This document shows positions 26,826 through 40,334 of a stretch of DNA of 64,000 nt, one piece after another (the stretch's first letter is position 1; every line of letters begins with the position of its first letter). The notes beneath the pieces are model-generated. The model did not search any database. It was not told the origin of the DNA and saw only the letters and a program-made list of their open reading frames with translations. This DNA is from Adineta vaga. Taxonomy: Eukaryota > Animalia > Rotifera. Made by a program: the position numbers and the translations under genes. The stretch covers positions 15,934,001 to 15,998,000 of the forward strand of contig CP075492.1 of the NCBI GenBank assembly GCA_021613535.1, in the 5' to 3' direction.

Positions 26826-27621
26826 TGTCATTTGCTGATGCAATCTGCTTACGAAACAATAATTATTGCTGCAAACTTTAAACAAGAAACTAAAACTCTA
26901 ATGATTTACTAATTAGTCAAATGAAGTCTAAAAAAGGAAAGCTTTGATCTCCCCATTTTTTAAAGGAGAACAATAAATATTCATCAAAGTCTCCATAGAA
27001 TAAAATGCCCTCGAATACCTTTTTCTCTTAGTTCATTCACGTATATATCATCATTAGCTAAACCAATGTTGCGTAGTAATAAACGATATTATTATAAAAC
27101 AGTTTCTCGGTTTTAAATGAATTATCTTTGATGTTCGTCATTTTCTCTTTTTTTCTCTTTTATCTCACTTGTACTATAGAGAAAAACAAAACAATATGAT
27201 GCGATCGAATCTAATTAATATACTTTCTTACGACACATGTTGTTAGTAGAAAACAAACCAATGAAATATTCGCAACTTGAAAAGAAAACGATAATTATTT
27301 TTGAGTAAATTCTTATGTCTGAACTATTATTCACGTTACCTATAACTGTGTAATCAAAAAATGTTGGATTAATACAACAAAAACGAACGGAATCCTTTCT
27401 ACCAACTATTTCTTCTCTATTTAAACTGTAAAAATATAGTGATAATAAAATATTACAATTCAAACTAGAAAAAAATCAACACTAAGAGATGTGCGTGATT
27501 TTTCTTTCAAAATATTCTATGTTCTTTTCACCGAATCTTATTTAATTAATCATGCCCTTATAATTTTTAATGAACAATATTTTATGTACGTCATTCATTT
27601 CTATATTCCAGATCTACAACG

Positions 27622-28638
27622 ATGTCGACATTAAGCACTAGTATGTCAGGTCCCCTTTCGGATGGTGTTGCTATACCTTACATTGTTCGTTTCTGGATTT
27701 TCCTCGTCTCAGACATTCTATCAGTTATCTGTTGTGTGTTTGTTCTTTTTCATTTTCTCTTCGATTCGACTCTTCGTCATGGTCTTCATAATCATGTCAT
27801 CATTCTTACTCTTTTCTTTTGTCTTATTCGGGAACTAACAACTGTTCCTTGGACAATGTATTTTTATTTATATGGTATTGTTTGGATAAAATCACCAACA
27901 TATTGTATCATTTGGAAATATATTGATGCTACTGTTTATACCACCATAGCAAAACTTGTAGGATGGGCATCAGTTGAACGACATATTCTTATTTTTCATA
28001 GTCAATGGATTGCAACAAAGAAGAGGCGTTATCTAGTACATTATACACCACCAATATTGATTATTTTATATGGTGTAATACTTTATGGTATTGTTACTCC
28101 AATGAATAATTGTAATAGACCTTTTAATTACAATTCACATTTATGTGGCTATTACAGTTGTATATACAATTCTGCAGCATTTTCTCTCTATGAGTTTATG
28201 TCTGGGGGCGTAATGTCATCTTCATGCATGGGCTTTGGTAGTTTTTTTCTTATTCTTCGTATTGTTTTCCAAAAACGTCGTTTACAGCGTCAGACGCAAT
28301 GGCGAAGATATCGTAAAATGACAGTTCAAATTTTGTCTGTTACATCAATTTTCTTTGTAATATATTTACCCCCTATACTTTTGGCTATCGCTAAACAACT
28401 TGGTGTTCCATCTTATGTAGGTGCCGATTATACCAAATACTCTAACTTCTTTGCCCATTATGTTATCTTTCTTTTCCCATTCACATGTCTCGGTACATTA
28501 CCTCAACTTGGCATTCGGATGCGTAAACCTTTTCGATGTTTTTGGCAACGACAAACGCGTGCGATTGCTCCTCAACAAACAGTACCAAGATCTCTGATGA
28601 ATAAACTAACAAACAAACAGAAGAAAATGGCCCTCTAG
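27622..28638 (+). CDS. Rhodopsin-like (class A) orphan GPCR
   Basis: Seven hydrophobic segments, Cys at the start of TM3, ASVERH (DRY-equivalent), YLPP in TM6. Confidence 0.85.
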   Translation: MSTLSTSMSGPLSDGVAIPYIVRFWIFLVSDILSVICCVFVLFHFLFDSTLRHGLHNHVIILTLFFCLIRELTTVPWTMYFYLYGIVWIKSPTYCIIWKYIDATVYTTIAKLVGWASVERHILIFHSQWIATKKRRYLVHYTPPILIILYGVILYGIVTPMNNCNRPFNYNSHLCGYYSCIYNSAAFSLYEFMSGGVMSSSCMGFGSFFLILRIVFQKRRLQRQTQWRRYRKMTVQILSVTSIFFVIYLPPILLAIAKQLGVPSYVGADYTKYSNFFAHYVIFLFPFTCLGTLPQLGIRMRKPFRCFWQRQTRAIAPQQTVPRSLMNKLTNKQKKMAL

Positions 28639-28898
28639 AAATTTTTGTATTGTCTGTGTATTTCATTAAAATAAAATCATCATTATACGAAAGAAGATTG
28701 TTTGAACACTAATTCAAAACAACCATTAGTGTGACGATGTTTATTAGAATTATCTTTAGATATGAACTGAAAAGTACAAAGAGAAAAGGAACATTATCAT
28801 GAATGATCATTCATTCTTTTTGCATCATAAAGAATACAGACATGTTTCTTTATCTTTTACATTTCACTTGCCATCATCTATTCAAGTAGAGCAGATAG

Positions 28899-29198
28899 CT
28901 AATTTCTTGTTGAAAGCGAGGATGTGGATCTCCCTCTTATATATTCACATCCGATTTTTGTGGACGGCACTTGACTTGTTACGATCTGCACTACCACATA
29001 GACAATCTCAGAAGGATCTAAAGCATTTAGACAATGTGGATAAATTTGTTCATATTAACTCCAGTGATGCGTTTTCCGAAACATTTTATAACAGTTGGAA
29101 CGGATTTCTCGAGTATCGCTGATTGAGGCGTTTGAGCAAGTACAGATGTTGTCGAAAGTAGGATTGCGGTGAAGGCAACAGTTATAAGGAGAAGCATT
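28899..29198 (-). CDS. Small putative secreted protein; structure uncertain, possibly a damaged splice donor
   Basis: Signal-peptide-like MLLLITVAFTAILLSTTSVLA, then an intron-like segment ending TTTAG and a short open exon. Confidence 0.3.
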
Positions 29199-30107
29199 GT
29201 CGTGCCTTTGTTATCGCGCTTATATTTTTGCAATGTGATAGTTCTTTTAATCATCAGCATTGCTCTTATAAATGTTATCGATGAGTGACATTCTGAATTT
29301 GATACAGTCTATTACAATCATAGAAACGATCAGTGGGAAGAATTTTGTATTTACGATGAAAAATAGATTCCCAAATGGATTATAATGTGGGCTCGGAATT
29401 TGATGATATAAAATGTTATTGCATCTAATTAGAGTTTTCCGAAAGAAATGTCAGCTGAAGAAGTTTTCTGTCTCCACTGTCATTTTTGACGTTCGGAATC
29501 TACACATTTTAATAAAGAGATGATGATATTAAGTATAAAGGAAAACTCATTTTCTTGAGATTTTTTCAAGGATTTTATCCGAGAAGTTCTCTTTGTGTTC
29601 ATTGTAAATGCAGAATAGAAGCAGATACAGTTTCGAGTCGAAGAGTCTAATTGTGAATACTAATGAAATGAAATCTTATTCTTTCTACTGAAAAATACAC
29701 TGTCATTTTCTAAACATAGAATGCGAATGACGAGATAAACAGAAACGATACGGTATTTTTCAATACAAAAATAGAGGAGAATATTAGAATATCATTTATT
29801 CAAACAAAATTAATAAAAAGAAAAACAATTCTTCTTGTCTTTTCACGCTTTTTTTCTCCATTAAGATTAAAATTTCCATCTCGTTTGTATTTATCAATTT
29901 TGACAGTCATTTTAATTAAGAGATAATTGAATGGACGTTTCAGTATACTTAAATCTTAGAGAATGAAACTGTTTTGTAGTTACGGTTGATCTTTATTGCT
30001 AGAAGAAACAATAAAAGAACCAATGAGACACTTCTCATAATTGGAACTTGTCTAAAGTTCTGCTGAATCTAGTATTTGTGAGTCTTTATCCATTTAGAAT
30101 ATATGAA

Positions 30108-31037
30108 ATGTTGGTACAAATAGTCAAAATTAGTTTATCCTCATTCGGTCTTTTCTGTGCAATACTTGGTGAATGTATGATGATTTTTATTCTATTCATG
30201 ATGATTTTCCGTCGATCAATTATCAAAATCCAACATATAGATTACTTACTTTTTGCTCATTTATACATATGTCTTTTGATTAGTTATCCTCTATTTATGG
30301 ATAAATGTATTTATTCTATATATGGATATTTGTATCCCCATGTATCATTTGATGGATGGTGGTGTCGTATAAAAGCTTACCTTATTTATTCCAATGCAGG
30401 CATGTATTTTTATACAGTTTTACTTCAAGCTACGTATCGATTTAGTCGCATAGTATATCCGACAAAGATTAAATTTCAATCTTTTCGTTTATATATTCTA
30501 TTATCAATTATTCATACATTTATAAATTTTATTCAAGTATTTCCAAGTCTAATTATCGGTGAAATTGAATATTTAAAGAATGATTATGTTTGTCAGTTTG
30601 CACCAACGAATGTCTCTGGTTCGTTATTCATATGTTCAGTTGCTTTTCTCTTTCCTTTTATTGCCACTATATTCCTATACATTTGGACAATGTATCATAT
30701 TCGAAAACGAGGTGGCATGGTCATTAGTGTTAATCAACGGATTAGAATTCGTCGTGATATGACTATAATGACACGTCTGGTTATTCTTCTAACATTTTTA
30801 ACTACGGTAGCTGCACCACATGGTCTCATTCCTCTAGTTTATGCTTTGACAGGATATATGCCATGGTGGACAGTTCCATTCGAATGGATGATGACTATTT
30901 TTGCACTTGTATTAGTCACTACTTTTCAGGTTGTTGCTTCTCCTTATCTGAAAACATTATTCAATCGATCGTCTCATGTCACACCGATTATCACGATTTG
31001 TAATACTTTTCAAAGAAAAGCACAAGAAATACGATGA
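30108..31037 (+). CDS. Rhodopsin-like orphan GPCR
   Basis: 7 TM pattern, WCRIKAY, LQATYRF (DRY-equivalent), extracellular Cys in YVCQF. Confidence 0.85.
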   Translation: MLVQIVKISLSSFGLFCAILGECMMIFILFMMIFRRSIIKIQHIDYLLFAHLYICLLISYPLFMDKCIYSIYGYLYPHVSFDGWWCRIKAYLIYSNAGMYFYTVLLQATYRFSRIVYPTKIKFQSFRLYILLSIIHTFINFIQVFPSLIIGEIEYLKNDYVCQFAPTNVSGSLFICSVAFLFPFIATIFLYIWTMYHIRKRGGMVISVNQRIRIRRDMTIMTRLVILLTFLTTVAAPHGLIPLVYALTGYMPWWTVPFEWMMTIFALVLVTTFQVVASPYLKTLFNRSSHVTPIITICNTFQRKAQEIR

Positions 31038-31085
31038 GTATATTCAACTATTGTTTTCAGTATAAAATAAATTCAAACTATCGCA

Positions 31086-31113
31086 CTTGAAACACATACA
31101 CCCATACCCTCAA
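31086..31113. repeat. Telomere-like element, right arm with CTTGA stub
   Basis: CTTGA-AACACATACACCCATACCCTCAA, about 15 bp after AATAAA of the GPCR gene. Confidence 0.6.
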
Positions 31114-31410
31114 ACCGATTTGATACGATTTTTTATGATTAAATATATTTCATCATATATCAATATACAGGAAAACTCTTCTAAAATCTCGCTTGTGGAT
31201 TGATGAAAATGCGAGCAAATCTCGTTTTGCATAGTTATACTTGCAGGATTAAGAATATAATACTCAACAAATAATATGACCGTCAATGATCACAATTCGA
31301 AAATACTTTTGACATTTAAATCTTATTTTGATACATTCTGAAACTTTAATGTAAATACGCAATCATTCGATATTCATAGTACACGTATATACCATGCACA
31401 TCTGCAAAAA

Positions 31411-32277
31411 TTGTTCTGTTTTAAAAGAAGTTTGCCCATTATTTTAGTAATGTATCTCGAGACAGGTCAAGAAGTGTTTCAATTAGGAATAGGAACGTGG
31501 AAGAGTTCACGACAGTCATTGGAGAACGTGATCACCACGGCTGTCGAGCTTGGTTATCGCACAATCGATACTGCAACGCGCTATGGAAATCTCAGTGAAA
31601 TTGGTTTGGCATTGAAGAAAGTCGATCGATCGCGTCTTTTCATAACTTCAAAGTTGTGGAGCGACGAGCATGGCAGCGAACAAGAAGCACTAGATAAAGT
31701 GCTTGAACAATTACAGATTGATGTGCTCGATTGCTATCTGATGCATTTTCCAGTAGAAATACACGATGGTCATCCGTACGAAGAATACTTAGAGTGTTAC
31801 AAACGAATGGAGAAACTCCTGGAATCTGGAAAGACACGTTCCATAGGTGTATGCAATTTTACTGCAACAAAATTACGACGATTGATTAACGAATGTCATG
31901 TTATTCCTGCCATAGTGCAGAACGAATATAATCCATATTTTCAAGACAGAACAGTTCATGAGATATGTATTGAAAATGGCATTCCGTATATGTCTTATTC
32001 CAGTCTAAGATCTGGCAAAGACAATATGTTGAATGATCCAGTCATAATGCGTATCGCAGATGCAAATGAATGTACGACGTCACAAGTCGTTCTGAGTTGG
32101 TTACGTATGAAGAATATGTGTATCATACCAAAAACGGATAGTATCGAACGATTGTATGAGAATGTTAAGTTTATCAAACTATCATCTGAAGCATGTGACT
32201 TACTTGATTCATTAAACAAGAATAAGCGTTCGAATGAAAGCACACGAATATTTGGAATTGATATATTTCAAGATTAG
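31411..32277 (+). CDS. Aldo-keto reductase (start uncertain; first in-frame ATG at 31450)
   Basis: LGIGTW, IDTATRYGN, FITSKLW, DCYLMHFP (D-Y-K-H tetrad), SIGVCNF, IIPKT. Confidence 0.9.
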   Translation: MFCFKRSLPIILVMYLETGQEVFQLGIGTWKSSRQSLENVITTAVELGYRTIDTATRYGNLSEIGLALKKVDRSRLFITSKLWSDEHGSEQEALDKVLEQLQIDVLDCYLMHFPVEIHDGHPYEEYLECYKRMEKLLESGKTRSIGVCNFTATKLRRLINECHVIPAIVQNEYNPYFQDRTVHEICIENGIPYMSYSSLRSGKDNMLNDPVIMRIADANECTTSQVVLSWLRMKNMCIIPKTDSIERLYENVKFIKLSSEACDLLDSLNKNKRSNESTRIFGIDIFQD

Positions 32278-33790
32278 TCCAATAATTGAATGTTATTTTT
32301 TTCATTTTTCTTGCTATATTATTCAAGAGAGAATAGAGAACTTCACAATTTTACCATTGCTTTTCTCGTTCATAACAAAATGTAATATGTTGTTGTCTAT
32401 CTATATAACTTTCTAAGATACGTTAAATATAAAACAAAAATTCTTATTTAACTGATTTCTCACTGAGAGATTCAACAATCAATTCTTTTTGTACGATCAT
32501 CTGACTCATGTTAGATTTGGATACAACACGTCGTATGACATTAAAGAACTATAGGTGAGTATTCTTACACAAGATAGATCGAAATCTTATTTGTAAAATA
32601 CTAACACTTAGGTGAATCGACAATGGCTAATTGATGTGAAATATCAATGATCTTTATGCAAATAATAAATTCGTTTTCATATGTTTAAATGCATATGTCA
32701 AACGTCTTTCATGACGCGTTATCAGTCAATATGTATTTATTGTCATTGAGTTCTAATCCTTTCTAGAAGAAAATAGAATAAACATTAGTCATTCAATAAA
32801 TTCAAGTACATTAAAAACGAATAAAACTTTTTATACTTAAAAAAACAATAACATATCGTCATATTTCTTTGTGTAACTGTTAATCCTTTGTGGAATTGTT
32901 TTGAAAGAACAAATTTAATTTCATAGAATCGTTATTGACAATTAGCTGTTAGTTCGATTTCATAAAGTTCATATCGATTAGAAGAAAATAAAAACTATAT
33001 GAATTGAAAAATTCAAATATTAATCATAAGATAAATAACGAATACTCATAAAGGATTTCCCCACAGTTAACATTCTTCATTGTTGTGCTACTTGAATCTT
33101 CAAATTTAATTGTTTTTCTCTTAATCTCTCCTTAATTGCACTCTAACCCGTTTCGATTGGCAAAATATTTGATGAGGGTATCAGAACTTACGTGACACCA
33201 TTTATCTGTAAATATTTGTCTTGAGGGTAGAATTAAAATTAATCAGTATATTATTATATTTCAAATAGATTTTGTCTCTAATTGATTACGAAAAAATATT
33301 CAAAGTGAAACTTTTGTGTTGTTCTTGATGACACGTCAACTGATGTTGAATATATCTTTTTATTGCTTACTGTATCGTCATGAAAGAGTTCGGATAGATT
33401 GTGAATGTGAAAAGAAAAAAATATCTTCATCTGATGACAACTATCTCATTACTAGTAAGTTTTAATCAACAAAATGATGACAATAATCAACTTATTCAGC
33501 TATAGATAATTTGCATCAATTATGTTGATGATTTTCTAATCTATGGGTGATTAAAATTACCTACATAACGATTCTTCAAAAATAATTCGTCGCTCTATCT
33601 TAGTTAATCATGAAATATCCAATAATAATAAAAAAAACTAAATTCAAGTCTTTTTATTTTAATATTATGGTTAATGAACAAAATAAAAACAACAAGTAAA
33701 TTGTGTTTATAAATGTTTCTATTCAATGTAAAAAATAGTCGCATTGGTTTTAAATGATAAATTTAATCTATAAAATTCATTGTAATTTAT

Positions 33791-34171
33791 TTAATATGCT
33801 GTTACACCAAATCCGAGTGGAACACCTTGTATTGCTCCACCATAACCGCCAATACCACCCAAAGCTCCGTATCCACCATTCACAAATTGTTGATAGGCCA
33901 TAGCAAACTGTGGTGGCCATGGAACCATGATAGCTACTGCAGGTCCATAACCAAGTCCAAGACCGGCTCCACCAACAGATCCGAGTCCATGAGCTCCATA
34001 TTCATATCCTGAGATAGCACCGTATTCAAGTCCTCGAGCTGCTCCAAGAGCTCCATATTCAAGACCTCGAGCTCCTCGTATAGCTCCGTATTCAAGTCGT
34101 CTAGCTGCTCTACGACCATCAACTTGAGATGGTCTGTATCTTTCCGATGCATCGATTGCAGTTGAATACAT
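33791..34171 (-). CDS. Small Gly/Tyr/Ala-rich low-complexity protein with ARGLEYGA repeats
   Basis: GC-elevated ORF with three ~27-nt repeats encoding (A)RxLEYGA and a GGYGA tail. Confidence 0.7.
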   Translation of the reverse strand: MYSTAIDASERYRPSQVDGRRAARRLEYGAIRGARGLEYGALGAARGLEYGAISGYEYGAHGLGSVGGAGLGLGYGPAVAIMVPWPPQFAMAYQQFVNGGYGALGGIGGYGGAIQGVPLGFGVTAY

Positions 34172-34484
34172 TTTTGTTGATTATTTCGGTGTATAATTAT
34201 GCATCTATGATAACGCCTTTATACATCTCTAAGCATAGGAGAAAGAAAAAAATGCTATTATTACAATACGTATTTCTTTTTTATTCGATCGTCAATGAAA
34301 CAGAAACAAATCGAGAAAGATATGAAAAACGCCCTTGTTTACCTTCAAATTAAACGTGGAATCACAATGCAGGGCGTGATATTTTACCTTGAAGTATTAT
34401 CTATATATTCATATAAAATGAGTCAAATAGTATAAGATTGATTCGTAAGTTACTTCAATATCGACAATTCATCGATCTCTTGCT

Positions 34485-34679
34485 ATGGATTCAAATTTTC
34501 AAGGGGAATCAGAACCAGGTCTAATCAGTGGCATTCGACGTGAGGTTGGAAAAATAGAAGGTGAATTTCGAAATATTGAACGAAGCCATGAACAACGTGA
34601 AGCAGATAAATATGAAAACCGAGCAGAACGTTATGCGGCAAAAGAAGCTGAAGATTTCAGTCAAGGACGTTATCCATAA
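34485..34679 (+). CDS. Small hydrophilic, charged protein (hydrophilin/LEA-like), 64 aa
   Basis: E/R/A/G-rich with no Cys or Trp. TATAAAA about 70 bp upstream and AATAAA at 34746. Confidence 0.55.
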   Translation: MDSNFQGESEPGLISGIRREVGKIEGEFRNIERSHEQREADKYENRAERYAAKEAEDFSQGRYP

Positions 34680-34798
34680 ACATTTAACTGGAACTTATAC
34701 TTTTACATATTTTAGTTGATAGATGTGGTTGTTTTTCATATATTTAATAAATACTAACAATATTTATAACTATTTCTGCAGCAAATCTTCTTTTTCCA

Positions 34799-34855
34799 TC
34801 TTGCGGGTGAGAGTGTAAATGCAAGCATGGATACGACTGTGCCTCTAATACCCAA
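34799..34855. repeat. Degenerate telomere-like element
   Basis: TCTTGCGGGTGAGAGTGTA...TACCCA. Confidence 0.4.
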
Positions 34856-34941
34856 GCAGTCAACATGATCAAATTATTCAATCCATTTAAATAAATGCTT
34901 TTCACAATCTTATTTTTCTCTCCTAGGCAGAACGCTTCTTT

Positions 34942-35990
34942 ATGATAACAGTAGAAAAATCATGTTTTTCTCGGATGACTCAGAACTTTCTTCTAATTTG
35001 GTTAGATGAAAGTGTCGATGATTTTAGTAACAATGATCATCAAAATACTATCAAAAAATTACGACAAGTTGTTAACATGGTATGTACATATACTGATGTT
35101 CACGAATGCATCGATTTTTATCACCGACAGCGAGAAAGAAACAATTTTTCTAATTATTTCTGAATTTTTAAGTGAAATCATTATTCGTGTTATTCAACAG
35201 ATTTCCTGTCGACGAGTCTTGATCGAACAGTAGCATTGGCCTTTGCCGAAAGCAATCAATTCATGTTTTAATGGATGCCATAGACTTGGTAAGTTGATGC
35301 TTAAACTGTGCCCAAGACTATTACGAAGATGCGCTTACATGTTATAAGAAATCGCTGAAACTCATTTCTGAAAAACCTAAAAACCATTGCAATTTGTCTA
35401 TTATTTGCAACAACATTGGTATATTGTATTTGAATATGAAGAAAATGCTTGAGTTTTATCAAGTGATTCGTCCTACAGATCGCTGTGGATTGACTGCTTG
35501 TTACATTACTATCGATTGTGCGTATGATCTAATCGAAGAGAATCATGAAGTAATTTCGTATCAAAAAATGGGTTATATGTACGAAAAACTAGACGAGTTT
35601 TCAAAAGTGTGTTCGCGTTTTATGAAAAGGCAGGCGACATTTCAAAAGTATACACGTATTTCCAAATAGCATACGGACTCACTCAAACAACTCTTTCTTC
35701 AAATGATCCAGATTTTGCTACTTTTCATCGTAATATTGATTTAGTACCTTACAGCATGAACAATATTCTAAAACTAATTGAAACAGTCGAAGCAAGTTAC
35801 CCTCACACACTCTCCTAACTTGATCGGTGCTTATGAGAAAACTGGTTTTATGTATGAAAAAAAAATTGGTGAATTTTCGAAAGCGCTTGCATATTACGAG
35901 AGAATACTTAAAATCCTTCAAGAAACTCTCCCTGAAACTCATCCGGAACTTGCTCATGTTATCTGGAATGATATTCACTTTACTGTCATG
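34942..35990 (+). pseudogene. ART-TPR family pseudogene (ART domain deleted)
   Basis: QNFLLIWLDESVD...KLRQVVNMV...ECIDF resembles the N-terminus of 44937-47102. Frameshifted TPR remnants (CNNIGILY, GEFSKALAYYERILKILQETLPETHPELA). Confidence 0.8.
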
Positions 35991-36222
35991 AATCAAAACA
36001 TGATTTTAACTGTGATCATAAATTTTATATATCTTTTATTGTTCTTGCTGAATTTTATTAACAATACATAATTGAAAAAAGGAACTGTTCGAATACTTTT
36101 CATATATTTTAGGAAGCGCTTGAAAAATCATAAGTTTGAACATATTTTATGGCCAGACGAAAGATATATATAAATGCTGCTTTACATTTGCACATATACA
36201 AACGAAAACAATCTTACTAGCA

Positions 36223-37342
36223 ATGATTACAATCGTATTACTCTTGACTACTGCTACTGGTAAACTTAAATTTGGCAATGAATACATATATGTATGCCTA
36301 TATATTGATTTTCAGGTTTCATTCATGCACAAAGTATGCTCTATCAATGTTCCATGTGGGGTGATCCACAATTAATCCAATTTCCAAAGAGTACTCTACT
36401 CAGTGCTCAACACAACTTTTGTTCATTCGATGATCATGCAGTGTTGTATCGTTCCAAGCATGTGCTTATCTCTGTACGCAGTGCTCGACAAGGTGATCTC
36501 GTTCTTGATATAAGTCATGAATAAATGAATCTCGATTATATTTGCCCATTCTGATATTACAATTCAATATTGTTCTGTTCATAACAATGCCAATATTCCA
36601 ATCTGCACTATGAATGCATTAGATTTCAATATAGAAGGACGAATATGCGATACAGGTAAGATCAAACTACTTTTCAGCAAGAAATGGAGACATTTTCGGT
36701 AATTGTAGAGATTGTCACTCAGAAGTCTGATTGGGCAAACATCAATGTTCAATACAAACAAGTTCAATTCTCAGCTTGGATTCAAAAAATTGGCGTGAGA
36801 TATCTTTTATGAAGAAAAAAAAAGTTTAGATCATGATTTCTTATAGAGTCACTGTAAGCTCACATTGTTCACTACACTTGCTCATATAACAGATGCGAAC
36901 ACCAGTGGAATGTGTATGCAAGGATGTCTTTCAAGGAGTGTTCAATCACAAGCAATGAAACGAACAGCTCGATCATCACCGGGCTTCATCGATGCTGTAC
37001 GACAAGGATGCATCAGTGACGTTACTCTTACAGGTGATTCACGAGTAAGCAACTATCTCACGACTTTCAAATTGAATTCATTCTCAAATTTGTTTACAGT
37101 AAGCAGGCGAAGGAATGGAGAATATCTTTGCTGACGCAATCATGCAAGAAGGAACAATTTCGTTGGAATATATTAGTTAACTGACTACTAATGTCTCAAA
37201 TGTAGCTATACAAGTAACTCAAAAGGCCGAAGTAGAAATTGAAAAACTGGTCGCCTCAGCAACTTGGCCTTGTAAACCACATGTACCAGTTTGCATCATG
37301 CCAGCTCTCATTCGACGCCGATTGGCTTCAGTATTCGGCTGA
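36223..37342 (+). pseudogene. Secreted VWD-like (GDPH-type) protein, apparently inactivated
   Basis: Signal-peptide exon and CSMWGDPQLIQF motif. Donor mutated to ATAAGT near 36509, plus a frameshift and an in-frame stop downstream. Confidence 0.5.
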
Positions 37343-37456
37343 AAGAATAACCATGATTAAATTTCTTTAAAAACAGTTTAATTTGCTTACACAATACACT
37401 TTCTGTCTTCAATTTTTAATAAAATAAAACTCCAAGAAAGTTTTTTTTAATTTACA

Positions 37457-37472
37457 TCTTGAGGGTGAGGGT
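37457..37472. repeat. Telomere-like element, left arm only
   Basis: TCTTGAGGGTGAGGGT, about 30 bp after AATAAA. Confidence 0.6.
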
Positions 37473-37994
37473 CTACGATTTTTGATCGAGCACATAAAGT
37501 TCGCACGTTATTGCGTATTGTCAAAGAAGAGTTAAGTGAAAATAAACAAATTATTCCATTCAAAGGTAGAATCTATAGTGTAAGTATTCTGATATTCTCT
37601 AAAACTTTATCGATTGTTTTTTATTCAATAAAGCTAACCAATGACATACGTAATACAGATATTGTGTCGTTCATGTTGGATACGTTCTCTGGTTGAAATT
37701 CATTCAAATTTCCTCGACAATACATAACTATTGAAGAGACGGACATCATTCAACAACAACAAATTATGGCTGCCATACAAATGACGAATAATTTAAACAA
37801 TATTGGACAAAATATCCATGTGAGATACATCTTATGTGAAAATCATGAAAGATTACCGAATAAATCATAGGCAAACATAAATTAGCAATGATTAAAAGCT
37901 ACCCCTAATCTTTTTTTTAATATTTTTGACACTTTGATTATTATAATTGAAGTAAATAGAGTTGTAAAAACAAGAGTTTAAATATTTAATATGT

Positions 37995-39531
37995 TTATGT
38001 TAATTGTATATCAAATCGAACTACTCGACGGTTGACATATTCAGAAACATAAAGGTTTCCTTCCAAATCACATGCTATACCATACGGACCATATATTTGA
38101 TTTGTTTGATCTCCTTGACCATTCCCACCAACAACAATTTCACCTTCTTGATCTCCTTCACGCCATCGCATGACCCGATGATTATCCCAATCTGCGACAT
38201 AGATTTGATTCCATTGATCAACAGATAAACCTTGAGGATGCTGTAATTGATTCAGAGCATTGCCTCTTCCATTTCCTCCAGCGACAATAAATCCTTCTTG
38301 AGCACCTTTCAACCATTTCATCACACGATGATTGTTATAATCTGAAATATAAATTGATTGTTTTTCATCGACAAAGATGTACGTAGGAAGGCTGAATTGA
38401 TTCCGTTGTTTTCCTTCACCATTTCCACCCGCAACTAATGTTCCTTCTTGTTCACCAATTTTCCATCGTCTCACTTCATTCTTCGAAGTATCGGAAACAT
38501 AAAGAAATCCATACTTATCCATTGCTAGACCAAAACAATTAATATTGTCAATAAGAACTCGTTGATTCTGATCATTGAACCATTGAACTACTCGTTTGTT
38601 GTCTCGATCAGCAATAATGACTGAATGGTTATGTTGATCAACAACCACTGATGTTGGATATGCTAATTGATCCAATCTGTCTCCTATTCCATTTCCACCT
38701 GCAACGAGCTGTCCATTGTCTTCGTTAGAGTTCCACTTAACAATACGATGATTCCATTCATCAACAATGAAAATCGTCTTTTTTTCATCGACAAAGATAT
38801 TTGTAGGAATAGAGAGTTGATTTAGTTTTTCTCCACCGCCGTGTCCTCCCGCAACAATCTTTCCATATTGTTGAAATCTCATTCCTACAAGAAGAAAGTT
38901 TCGTTTATTTTAGTTTGAAATTTGAAAAAAAACCTAACTTTATTCTAACTAAATTCTACAGGATATTTCGAGGTATCAAACTTTGCGTAATATTATGAAA
39001 TTCTATCTTTATGCAAACTGATCACGCTGTAGCCAAGTATAAGACATCTATCCCACCCTCTAATTTGAAAATGTGAACATACTGACCTGGCATTATAAGG
39101 TTCATGGTAGTCGTAGTGATTGTGCTCGTTGTCATTGTAGTATTCATCACTATTTATAAATACAAATCACTTATATGAAAAATTTTCTCAGAGATAAGTG
39201 TGCGGCTGCTCGGAATATGTACATGTGTTTATCGCTTACTAGACTCTTTGGATGGACAAATGTCTCTATCAGCCATCGATAATGGATAACATACAGGATA
39301 ATCAGCACATCGAGTATGATGAACACATATATGATCTGAGTCAGAACAATCTTGTAAGGATCCACATGACTCAAGTTCAGTGCAGAACTCCCAGAGAAAA
39401 GCACAAATACCCACGTTATTTGCACCAGCCATAGGAAAGCATCCACAGGCGCCATTACTCGAACATTCGTCATATGGAGATGTGCTGTGACATATTTGAG
39501 TATTTACTCGACCTGTAACGAAACTAAGCAA
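37995..39531 (-). CDS. Cys-rich domain + Thr stalk + NHL beta-propeller protein (5' end/signal peptide uncertain)
   Basis: Cys-rich exon (CSSNGACGC...CVHHTRC...PVCYPLSM...ICP), small Thr-rich exon near 39087-39151, NHL exon 37995-38884, phase-1 introns. Confidence 0.75.
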
Positions 39532-40334
39532 TGTATATCAACAGATAACAACAAATAGCAAACAAACCTAACAAACTAAAATGAAATACATTTTAGTCTC
39601 ACGAAGAAAAAAAGATTTCATACATCAACAAAATAAAAATGAAATAACCTGATATTCTTCTTTCCATATTAATAGATTCGATTTGAATGAGATAGTATCT
39701 CGGCGAAGCCATTTTTTACTACTCGTAATATATAGTTATCGTTTACAGGGATGGCTTGAAAATAAAGAATTGGAATGTATATAATCCTCCGATGATTGGA
39801 AACACGATACTATTCTTTTGCATTTTATCAAACGTCATCCTGGTGACTAAAAATTGAATTTCATACGAAGATACGAATATGAGCACTTGTTCCATCGTTT
39901 AAAGCAGCAGAAATATATTGCAAATGATTTGATTAATGATAGTCGTATGATCTATGATTTTTATTTTGTAATGTTATATGAAAAGTAAATCTGGATGACT
40001 TCTGACTATATTATGACATATCAGTCTAATTAATAAGCTCTGATTGTAATGTATACCTCTATCTGACTTATCTCATTAATGTTGCCTCAAATACATATCG
40101 AATTTATACGATATTTATCATGTGTACATTGTAGAATACTAATATTTTCAAGTATATAAATGGCAATGCGTACCTGTGCGATTCGTTGATTATCTATCGA
40201 AGAGAGAATTTGTTTGAATTCTTTTCGTTCCTTCACTGCTATGTCTATAATAAACGAAAACAATATGACTACTACACATTTCAACAGTATATTATTAGTG
40301 ATGAACAAAGGACAAAAACTTTCAAAACTACAAA

